From contig OZ281500.1 of the NCBI GenBank assembly GCA_965637545.1, forward strand, positions 5,580,001 through 5,644,000: DNA of 64,000 nucleotides. The letters are read 5' to 3'. Every line of letters starts with the position of its first letter. Positions within the stretch are counted from its first letter, which is position 1. Positions 21,701-33,061 of this stretch are shown here, in pieces. The DNA is from Phallusia mammillata. Lineage: Eukaryota. The notes under the pieces are model-generated. The model saw nothing but the letters and a program-made list of their open reading frames with translations. It was not told where the DNA came from and made no database searches. A program made the translations under genes and the position numbers.

Positions 21701-22324
21701 TTGCGGTTGGCTGTTCTGATAAGCGTTTTTGTTGATCCATTCGTACGGCCTCCGTTGCTGCACCATAGCTTCATGGGGAATGCTTGATAACTGGGCTCCG
21801 GGAATAGTGGCGGGGTTCTGCGGTGTGGTGAAGTACTCGATCCCCGTCGACGTTGAAATAGCGTTTGGGCTTCCATTTCCATTGTTAACGGCATTGGGGG
21901 AATGATTCGTTGGAGTGTAGGCGGGGATATGTGCATGTGGGTGAAAAGAGGAGCCCATTTGATCCCAGCCCCCTGGCGCTCCCAACATGGTTTGGAAATT
22001 AGTGTTCGAATAAATACCTGCTCCACCCCAATGCGTTTGAGTTGTGGTGATATCATGGCCGCCGGTTTGGGATAGATGGAAGGGGTTGCTGTATTCTTGC
22101 CCCAAGTGGGTTCCAGGGTAAGACACTTCCCCAGGGACCCGCAGAGGTTGTGCATACTCTGCATTCGGATAGGTGGGGGCCTGGGTAAGTTTGTTAGGGT
22201 AGCCGCTTTGGAAAAATGCCGCCGAAGAAACTGGAGTTGAGTCGGAGTGAAGGTGGCTGTACATGTCGGAATTGGTCGGTGAACCAGTGGTGGGTTTTTG
22301 CTGGTCTATCGCATAACATAACAT
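18704..22324 (-). CDS. CDX: Caudal-type ParaHox homeobox transcription factor, 394 aa, 2 coding exons
   Basis: Exon 1 22324-21697 (ends [20 protein letters not shown], Cdx hexapeptide) and exon 2 19260-18704 ([63 protein letters not shown]). The phase-1 GT-AG intron joins them in frame. Confidence 0.97.
19471..19718. promoter_or_regulatory. Cluster of Cdx/posterior-Hox-type binding motifs in the Cdx intron (candidate enhancer)
   Basis: GTCATAAA 19471, CTCGTAAA 19579, TTTTACGA 19592, TTTTACGAC 19645 and TTTTACGAG 19710 within a locally GC/CpG-rich patch. Confidence 0.4.
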
Positions 22325-23993
22325 CGTGCGCAGAACAAGAAATGGCCGATGTCGCCGTTCGCTTCAGAAGCACTTGTTAGTCAGATTCAAAATACTCACA
22401 ATAAAAATTTGCCTACAAAGAAGTTGAAGCGTTAGTAAAACCTCGTTTATTTCTATGTTTAACCACACAAAACTAAAAAAACGGATTACAGAAATACTAT
22501 TATTCTAACTTATTTTAAAAAAAACGTGTTGACTTTGAGAACAGATCATGCTGGTAGATTTTCAAAGCACTATCCAATACTTGTTTTTGTGCTCACTAAC
22601 ATTTTTAACGGCGGATTTAAGTATTTTTAGTGTCATTTTATGTGCTCGTATATCAATCAGCGCAAATGTGAGTTTTGTCTAACACACCGTTGTTAAGGCT
22701 CGAAACAATGGTAACATTGTGCATTGACCGTGAACTTTACAAGCTCGCTTTCTTTGTAGTAGCCGGGCCATTGAACTAAAGTTGTAACATCCTAACGTAC
22801 AAACATTTGCTTAAAGTGTTGCTCTTAAACTGTGTAGCCCGCATAGTGTTTATTGGCCTGAAATTCTGTTGATTAACACCAAGTGCTTTCTGAAATACAC
22901 CAATCTATCATACACAGCCACTACTTCAAACAAAATGTCTGCCTCGCTTATTGAAACGCAGTAGACTTAACTGACCTTGCAGGTACAGTATGCTTTGCAA
23001 CACAATTATACTTCAACACACCCTTTTCATTTGCATAATATCCATACACTTGCATTCCAGCTTTAGTTTGCATGCATTTAGAATTTGTTCACTATCTTTG
23101 CACCAAACAATGCGTGCTCACGCTGCAACCGTCAACTACAAATGAACAGCATCTAACTGTCCCGCAAACCCCATGATCAAGAGTCACATGCGCCTTCAAG
23201 TGTTGAAACCACAACATTCTCAAACCTGGTGCAGGGCTTTCCCATACAGTGAAAGGGATCGTAAATAACCCGGCGGTGACCTCCCACCGACTGTCCGAGT
23301 CTAAATGGCCACCGCATTGTGTCGTAACTACCTGGCGGTCACCTCAAAGTTGGAAGGGTGCCGCAAAGGACACGCGCGACGCAGAAACAATCGCCGCTCA
23401 CTTCTACGTCAGAATGGCAACAAACGACGATCGTACCTCTGGCCTCGCGCGTTTCGCGTAAAACATTACGATGATGCATCGCTGTGATGGTAATTGCGCA
23501 AAAGGACATGGCTTTGCACTAATGTCCAATCTTTGGTTGACCCTTTCAAGAAGACAATTTCTTACTCAAACTTCATGCAATTAACAAAAATGATATAGCT
23601 TAAACTATTGCTTTTAGACCATATTTAAAAATATTGCTTTCAAACTGTAAACGCGTCAAAGATTGAAAAAGTCGTTTGAAAGAAAGCTCCCCTGTTAAAG
23701 CATTTGATGAATATAAAAACACATAACAAGCACATAAGCTTTACAATTAAATGCAAATTTGCCATCGCTTGAATAAGATCCTGAGCCTACAGTAAACTGA
23801 ACCTTCTCGCTACAAATTTTGATCTGCCAGCGTTGGGACAAGTCGCGCCTATTCCTCAAATGCAATTGCCTTTGTTTTAGCGTCTGGGTGCGCGCTTTTT
23901 TCGCTTGTAACAGCGATTGTTGGGTCAACACGCTACCGGGCCGCTGGCTGTTTGCCTAGCTTTCCAAATCGTCCCGAACGCGCCGTCTCGAAA

Positions 23994-24520
23994 GCTTTGA
24001 TCTCGCCTGGGATGCGACTGATGACATGTCACGTGACTTTGGAATATTAATACTGTATTTGCTTGTCGCGGCGGGGCGGGGCGGGTCTGCGTCGCACGAA
24101 ACTCGGCCAAGTTCGACGCTTGTTGTGTGCTAGCGCCAGGAATCCCTTTTCTTTACATATTTACCATACAAAGCAGCCTTCTGTCTGCTTGGAGTTCTCC
24201 TAACAAATATGTATTTTGGATATCCCAAAGACCTCAATGCTTTTCGGTACCTTTGATCTTGGTACCAATACAAATATCACCGATCTCAAAATCATGTCCG
24301 AAGTTCACTCGCAAAATTACGTTAAAATGCACTATCTTATATGAACGTTGGTTGTTATGTTGCTCTTTAATGGGTTGCTCAGTTTACATTTTTACGTATG
24401 GTAAATATCGTATTAATGTTGTGACCGCGACAGGTGTTGCTTTGGTTTGCCAGGAGCGCTAAAACAGAAAGTGATTTGAAGAATTTTAAATTAATTTCTA
24501 GCTTATCTATAGCCTTTGAT
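23994..24520. promoter_or_regulatory. Candidate Cdx upstream regulatory module (TCF sites, GC boxes, palindromic E-box)
   Basis: CTTTGAT at 23995, 24251 and 24514; GTCACGTGAC 24028-24037; GGCGGGGCGGGGCGGG 24070-24085. Confidence 0.35.
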
Positions 24521-27500
24521 TCGTAGTCGTTGCAAAACGAAATCTAATCGATGTCATCCACATTTTGGAGTTGAAGCATTTTACTGGATGCGAAAAGAAA
24601 GTACCGAGTTACGTTGTTTACTACAAAAAACGCATACCCTACAGTATCTTATCTATTTTTCTGCTACCGTACGATATAGAATAAATTGAATATAAAGTAA
24701 CACTAGTGCTAGAATTTCGGAACAAAACTTCCTATGCTTTACCTATACGCCTAACACGATTTAGAAATCAAAACAAGCGTTATCGAGCAATACACATGAC
24801 GGCTTTGTCACAATAACAAACTCTCCTATTCCCAGTATCCTCCAAGCTTCCACTGCGGCTACTGAACATTGGTTCAACATTGCCTTGCAAATAACGTCAC
24901 TGGTCGCTACTTGAAAGCGCCTTCGCTTTTCGCGACAAACAGCGAATTGACAGAAGCACTTCCCGATTCTACACCTACTGTTACGTAGGCGTTATGTCAC
25001 AGTGGTCGCGAGGTCTGTGTGGAGAGCAAGAACGAACCCCGTTACAGAAAAGCATTCTCACGGTGGTAACTTGGTATTTACGGAAACACCACCTTTGCGT
25101 ACAACGTGCGTTGCAGGGAAACAATTTTTGACAAGTGTGGAAATTTGCGCACGATTGTCTTACAATTCCCAAATTTTCCTAATTTAAAGTTTTGGTGTAT
25201 AAATAGAAAACAGATTTAAGGTATAAAGGCAGCAACACTACTTTAGCCTGCAAAACCAACGTCACAGAAAATAAACGGTAAAAATAACCGATTCCTCCCC
25301 TCTTGTCAATACGTCAAAAATTTCTGTTAGTTTGCCAAAAAGCATGTTCTTGGTAAAACACATCCTAGTTACAACAGTTTTTAGATTATTTTGTTATTTA
25401 ACTTGCCAAAAGGTTGTTCCGTTACTAATTAAAATAGGCTATCACACTTTTTGCTGTCATATAAACCCGATACTGGTCGATAAAAAACGAATTCCCTTCC
25501 TATGCCAACTACGCTGTTTTCACTCTAACCGTCTGATACAATGCTTCACGTAAAATGATCAGCAATAAAACGAATTTACCTTGAGAACCAAATGTATCGC
25601 CATTTTTTTCAAAATTCTTTCAAACTGAGCATGCAGGAAGTCGACAATTCAATGCATTTCAAAATCGATGCGAACTCGGAAACGAGCTTTAGCTTGAGTC
25701 CTATGACGTAACAATAGGCGCGTGTGACGTAGGAGCGAGCGGTGACTTTGGTGTCCCACCTTGGCTAGCGAGGACAGGAAAAATGGTGGTCCCACGACGT
25801 GATGTCATAATGGCATGAAAGCAGCCGCACTATGCGGTGATCGTGAGAATTATTTCCCCATTCGGTCAATGTATCGAACTTGATAGCGAGGGAACAATGT
25901 TCTCGTGCTGTTAGATAGGAAACGGATGGCTTTTGAAGCTTAAGTTGCCGAATTTGATCGAATTTTACCAGTTGCACAATTTCCAATTAGTAAAATTGAA
26001 AAAAAAACTTATCGTGTTAAAAGAACAATACAAATTTGCCAGAAACAACTTAATCGGGCGATTTTTTACCGATTTCTAAAGCTATGGTTTCATTGTTTGA
26101 AAATACGGAATGATAAATTATTAAAATATTGTGTTGTTATATCAGAATAAATTATGCCACGATGGAACTTGTTAAAATATAAATTACAAGCAACCTGCAA
26201 CATTCTAACTAATATTTAATTAACCTTTAAAAAGTAGTTACAGTTGCAAGAATTTTCAAACATCGCTATATATTACCGCAAAAAACTTTCTCATTACACA
26301 AGAATAAATAAGTTTTATAATACATTGTTGCGATTTTTTAATGAAACAAGATTGTTAAAATATTTGTATGTCTATTTTTGTCTTTGGACACAATTTAGCC
26401 GCTAATATATATCTGTTTGGCCATTGGCACCAGTATCCCATGAAGTTTTGTTATAACGATCCCAATGCAAACGTAAGCTTTCTTTCAACCTCTATTGACC
26501 TCAAACACTGATGCGAGGATTAGGCCCACCTTAGGATCTTGTGTATGTAGACACGTTGCTTTTTGTCGCGTGACACTTTCTTTTATCAAGCAACTTTACG
26601 CGCGAGGCATGAAAGTGTCGCGACACCCGATTAAGAGGATTACCGTTCCAAATCTGTGTACGCTTTCTCTCAAAAAACAAACAACTGTCGCACGACCCCC
26701 AATTTTGCTTGTTTCGGCGATTTTCGAAACTTCTGAATCGCGGGCTCTTTGTTCCATCATTAAGCTGCGAGGTCAATATTTTGCGATGAACTTCAATGCA
26801 ATCCTAACCGTTATATCAAAGCCACGGTAAAATATAAACGTTTTTCGCTGAGGTTTGTTTTTTTCTAATTTAATACATTTTTAAACATCAGTTATGTTTG
26901 TTCAATATTTTAAAAGTTTACCAAAAAAATGTTTGGACATCCCTATCATTTCAAATGTATTCATTTTGCCTTCAATCCAAGATCTTTGCCAGTTGCACAA
27001 GTTCCAATGAGTAAAAATGAAAAAAGACAATACTTACAGTATTAAAAGTTTGGTCTGGTTTTTCGATAGCTTGTAATTAATTTTGTTCATGCCTTTTTGT
27101 CAAAACCTTGGTTATTAAATATGTTGGAAAAATATTCCTGAGAATAATTTACTTGCCGTATTTTTTGCGACGTATGCGCGTAAATTGTACTTCATTTACT
27201 GTATCACCGCGTGAGCAATAATATTTAATGACTTTGACAACGTTTTCTCTTAAACTTGCACGGTTAAAAACATTTTTAAATAACTGTGCAGAATTAAAGT
27301 TTGGAATTTAACGTCAACGCTGATTTAACTAGCAACTGTACGCAGTTGAAAAGCTAACCTAAAATAAAACAACTGAAAAGAAATGTTAACATAAGTCAAA
27401 AATGTTATCCGACACTCGCACCATTTTCCTGACACTTGCACCATTTTGTATTTATTCTTTAATTGTTCCGATTTTTCGACATCTATTTGAGGGTCGTTTT

Positions 27501-27587
27501 TCTCTCTATTAAACGTTATGAATTTGGTGCAACTCAAGCGAATGGGGTAACTTTACGATCCGATGTTGTCTGTTGTATATCTTAGGT

Positions 27588-27803
27588 CAGTGGTTCTCAA
27601 ACTTTTTGTTGTTGCGACGCCTCTGGAAAAGTTTTCTGGTCTTGCGACGCACCAGCAAATAACAGTTAATGAGAAAACTTATTATTAAAGTTGTGTTTAT
27701 CGATAAAACCACCAAAAGCCACGAAACGGAACTATTCTGCGACGCCCTTGGAAAATTGAAACGACGCACCAGGGCGTCGCGACGCACAGTTTGAGAACTA
27801 CTG
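27588..27803. mobile_element. hAT (Buster-type) MITE, 216 bp
   Basis: TIRs CAGTGGTTCTCAAACT / AGTTTGAGAACTACTG; perfect TSD TCTTAGGT (27580-27587, 27804-27811); internal GCGACGC subterminal repeats. Confidence 0.92.
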
Positions 27804-30724
27804 TCTTAGGTAATAACTTATAACAATAAACTTTAATAACTTATTCATGCGTGATTACGTATTTTGTAATTGTGATGTTTAAACAAGAAAGACTCATAGT
27901 GTTTGGCATTTAAAGTTTGTATCCTCTCAAAAACGACTATGAACCTTATACAATCTTTGTTCAAACATGAATTACATTCGTTGAATTTAGCCTACAATAC
28001 CTGTTATTTTCGCAGTAAAAACTCACGTAGCTACTGGGGCATCATCACAAGCCGCCATTTTCTAATTTTGAAACAGAACAAAAACCTTTTTAGGAAACGC
28101 AACGATAGGTTTGCTGGCTTGCCTAAACTTTAACAACAAAAACAAACTTATTATTTGATCATGCAGTTTAGCACACTGTATTGCTACGACAATGTCTTAC
28201 CGTGACCCTGTAACTTTCGACATCTTCGCTGTCATAATTTTTACAACCGCTCGATTTACGAGAGTCGTTTGCGCGGGAAAACGACCTTTCGCCACCTGAC
28301 CTTTTCACCTTGACATTTTTTAAATTTAACTGTTAGAATGTGCTGTCGAATTGATAGGTCAAGTCACTTTAGTTGTGACGGCATTATATTAGAAGCTGGC
28401 GAACCCAAATGATTGTTTTATCGACACTTAATTTTTAGCATGTACATTACTGGCGCCTCCAAAGTATACCAAACTTTGCAACACGGGTATTTGCACGAAG
28501 AACTGTAACTTTACGCAAAAAGAGTTTAACTATTGACTGTTAAGTACAATAATTTAAAATTATCCCATCCAGGAAAGATTTGTTAGTCCGGTACAGACTT
28601 TCACTTCGTATTGGATATAGCATTTACTCTGTAACAGGTCCAGACCTTAGCGCATTGTCTGCGTGTAATTATTCTCTTAACAAACTGATATTTATTGCTG
28701 TTTATTCGCGAGCTAACGATTTTTTGTCCAGGTCGTAAATCCCTCATGTAGGGTTCATTGGCACTGGAGCTTACCTTTGTATTGCCGCCGCGTCAAACGT
28801 TATAAACCGTTTAGTGTGAGCGTTGATAAACCTCGTAAAGCGAAATATTTTTCTACACCGCCTGTTAGCATTGTCGGAAGTGTAAAAACACAGCACACGC
28901 TTGCAAATCATTGATTTCTGATGTTGTCATAACGGTTAAATCCTCGTTTAAAACTTATCCTTTACTTCTAAGGGTCACTGGTGCCGCGAAGGTATAAGAT
29001 TGGCCACGTTTGTTGGTGGATACTAACAACACTGTTAATTTTAACAACATTAGGCCTAAAACCTTTTATACTACCTTGATCGCATCCAAAAACTGTGGTG
29101 TTCCTCAACGCAGCCTGATAATTTTCGTTCGTGTGTACCATGGTACCAAAAAATAGTAATCAAGAGACAAATGACACCCAATCAAGAGGCAAAGATATTC
29201 GTATTTTTAACTTTTTGAGGTGTGATTTTCTACGTAAAATCACAGAGCAGCAAAATGAATATAGTTCGGGATTAATTATACACATGGTTTTGTGAAATGC
29301 TACGTCATAAATTCCTTCGCGCGTATGCCGTCACCTTTTCAAAAATTGAGGTGGAATTTTATCGGGTTGTTTGCAATCGTCTCGACAGTGTTTAGTTGTT
29401 GTTGTGGAGACGTTATCGCGCTCACAGTAGTGGACAGTGATCAAACAAAACGTTAACCCTTGACAAGAAATGTTGGCGACTGATGTCTCGATGTGCGGAT
29501 AATTTTCCATCTTATATTTTCTGCTCATTTATGTTGAAATAATTTGATAAACTAAAGAACAATCGTTTGAAGAAAAAACATGCTTTCTGAACTTACAACA
29601 AGCAATTAATTAAGAGATTTATGGGTAATAATTTCTGTATTTATTTTTCTTAAATAAGTCACACAGAAAGAGCCCAAACAACTTGTCCAGGATCAGACTT
29701 GGTACTAAAACACACAAACAACAAATTGTGATTGCTAACAATCGATGTAAAGCTTTGATGGGAGAAATATTTAAATGATTAAGACTGGAAAAATTGTAAA
29801 AATTAATTATTTCTTTCATAAACTTTGCAATTTGCACTTGTTTGTTGGTAAAGATGGCCTATTGGGCTCATATTGCAAGTAAATTGCATTTGTTGTATTA
29901 TTGCTTCGAAAAACTTCAAAGCAAGCGAGTCCCGTTACTCAGTAGGGAATCTTTTGCTTTGTAAATTCCCAACTGCGTTTCTTGCGAACCCCAAAGAGAC
30001 AAAAGCGTGAGGAATTCGAACAATTAGGCCTTGGAGCGCCTGACGACCCGCGGTGCCTTTCTCCTCATGTCACGTGGCAAGGGCCATAAATTATGACGCA
30101 ACAATAGCGTGAAGAATTGAAACAATGCGGCAATAAATATTGCTTTCGGTCCACTAATTCAGTGCTGACGAACCACTGGCACTGGAACATTGTCTGTGAC
30201 GTGTTCTCAGTTGTTTTTTAGTGACGTGTGTGATTATGACGCGCGAACTGTATCTCACTGTAAGTAATTAAACGAGATGTGGAGGGTATGGATACATTGT
30301 AACCAGAAATATGTTTTGATGTTTGTCACTCAATCTGTTCCGAAACATACCTGCTTGGTGATTCGTGGGCGTTTACATTTAAGTGTCACTTTGCCAAATC
30401 TGTTGAAAGAATCCTATAATATTTTGTGTGTGAAAAACAAAACAAAGGCATTGTTTCTAACTAAAAGAACTTTGGTGGACTTCGTAAAAACAAGTTTATG
30501 TGTAATTGTGGACAAAGTTGGGTGCAATTCCTGGCTTACAAGTATCGCCTTCTGTATGTGAAATTAGAAACTGTCCGATTTACAATTAATGTATTTTGTT
30601 TTTGAAAATACTGCAGCGGCAGTTCTCTTCTAAGGGCAAATGTCGAATGAGGTTTTGCGCATGGAAATTGTTCTGACCTATTTGAACCCTGTTGAAATTG
30701 TTCTGATGTAAAATCTGTAAAAGA

Positions 30725-30797
30725 CACCTCGGATGGGACTCGAACCCACAATCCTTGGCTTAGGAGGCCAATGCCTTATCCATTAGGCCACCGAGGC
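30725..30797 (-). tRNA. tRNA-Arg (anticodon CCT)
   Basis: GCCTCGGTGGCCTAATGGATAAGGCATTGGCCTCCTAAGCCAAGGATTGTGGGTTCGAGTCCCATCCGAGGTG, 73 nt, cloverleaf intact, followed by TCTTTT. Confidence 0.96.
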
Positions 30798-33061
30798 TTG
30801 TGGCGGTTACTTAATTAATTTCGTCTTTATTGGCTGACATGATAGCATGTCATAATCAAACTGATTTATCTCTTGTCACTTCCACTTTGACAGACTGAAG
30901 TTTTAGGAAGCAATAGAGAAACTTGTTCAAACTTACCGTATGGGCAGCCCAGTATAATATGATGCGAATTTATTCACGAAAAAATGCGCATTCACGACAA
31001 AAGGAGATCATGAAGAAACTGTTGTTTATTTGTTGGCGACCGTGTTTAGACACTTGTCTTTTATTACAACATCTTAGCAATCAAACTGTATGTATATTGC
31101 AGCGATATCCTGCGAAGTAAGCACCAAAAAGCATACATGATGGGGCCCAAATCCGGAGTCTTTTTCTTTAAGTCCAATGTCTTGATGTTTTTAAGGATGG
31201 GAACTTGTCTTACGAAGGCATTATCTTGTCACTAAACGGACTGGATTTTCTTATGCGCAGACCCGAAATTAATTTCAACTATCATAATTAGGTTTAACCC
31301 AAACTATGTTGTATTGTGTCAAATGACACAAAGTTGTTTTAAAATTTCTAAAATTAACTAAATACTACACAAACGCGTGCAGAATGTTTCGAACAAACCT
31401 TAGGATAGGAGTAGCTTCAGCCGATTCCTTTCCTAAAACAGGACTGTGCGACTTGTCTGAAATTATTAGTCAAGGTGAATATACTACACGTTTACGGCGA
31501 GTGAAAAAGCGAGTCGTCCCGTCCCCAAAACCTCGCATAACGTGTCGAACTCCGACCAATTGAATCTTCTCACCAGCCCAGTTTTACGGCAATAAAACCG
31601 CCTTGTTTTACCGCTCTACAATTATACCGCCAACACGCTCTATTATTACGTCACAGAAAACGTCAAGCGGTGCGTAACCTGTGTGGTGGACGACCCCAAT
31701 TTCTCGCCTTGTCCCTTGAATTTATTGCCAAGACGGCTTTTCGTTACTACAGTGTGCGGGGCCATAAACTGAGGGCGCGCCGGGATCTGATTTACTGACC
31801 TGGTATACACGTGTGAGTCCCTGGCCGCCTTTTCGTTTTGCTTCTGTTTTGATGGGAACAATCATATTGTCACGAGGTCAAAAAAGGTGAAAAGGTATTG
31901 CTCGGGACATACAGGTTAAAACCGAGGCCAACTGAAAATCTTTCAAACAAATTATAAAAAACAAACACCCTTGGAAAGGATGTATTGTTTTACGCTTTTT
32001 TTTCTAAAACCACCTTTAGTTTAAATCCCTGTTTAAAATCGAATAACACTTTTGTTTACTTTATATTAATCCGATACTCTTTTATGCTCGGCATGCAGAA
32101 ATCAGATACGGGTAATAACAGGAATCTTACGCGTCTTAAATCTGCCAAATACCCCTTGTAGACCATTTTTTGTGAAAACTGTTATAACTTTTTCTTGTAA
32201 TGTCCAAGAAAATGCACGAACAATCGACAATACACAGTAACACTAACCAATGTCTTAACACGGCCCTGTGGAGTGTTTGTTAGGTCACAAATCCACGCGA
32301 TAGTTCATGTCACCTGATGGCTTCATGACGCAGCAATATCGACAGCTTGCTTACTATAGGTTATGAAGCAAATCTCAACCTACCAAAGTGTTGGTGACAT
32401 ATTGCACACTATTAAAGAACTTTGTTCAGTGTGACAATGGTTGATTGTGACATAAAAAGGGTGGTGCAAAGCAAAACGCATAAAATAACTTACTGCATGA
32501 AGGGTTAGGAAGGGCGAATAGAAAACGATATAATCAAAAAAGACAATAAAAATGAAACACATTGTAAATTTGTCACCAATTTCGGTGCCCATTGCAAACT
32601 GCTGTTCGGCTTTTCAAGCACCTGCAATGAAGTTGCCACATATGACATTACTAGTTTAAAGGTCAGGAGGGCGTTTGTTTGCCAAATGTTTTTTTTTTTT
32701 CTATAATCACTTGTAAATGCGCAACGGCAAGATAGTATTTCTGATTGTTGTTATTCACTTGATACGTAAAACTAAAACATGGCTTTCTTGCCCAAGACAT
32801 TGAATGCAGTAAAAAACGTATTTGGTCTGTTTGTTGGTTTGTAAAGAAAAACATATTCGTTCAAATGAGTTTTTTAGAGCATTGCATATATTTAGCTAGC
32901 TTATAGTGATTTTCATTAGGATAGTGTGTTACTAATGTTGTTTTGGGTCTATATGGTAAAAGCACGTATTAACGCAGCCGTTTGCGATAACAATGTCGTC
33001 ATACAGTGTCCGGCCTTATTCAAATAGAATGTAATTACGAAAAAGTCTAAAAAGAAACACA

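Noticed and set aside
21673-22164. 163-aa alternative-frame ORF inside Cdx exon 1
   Set aside because: Expected by-product of GC-rich coding sequence; no motif, and its splice phase does not fit exon 2.
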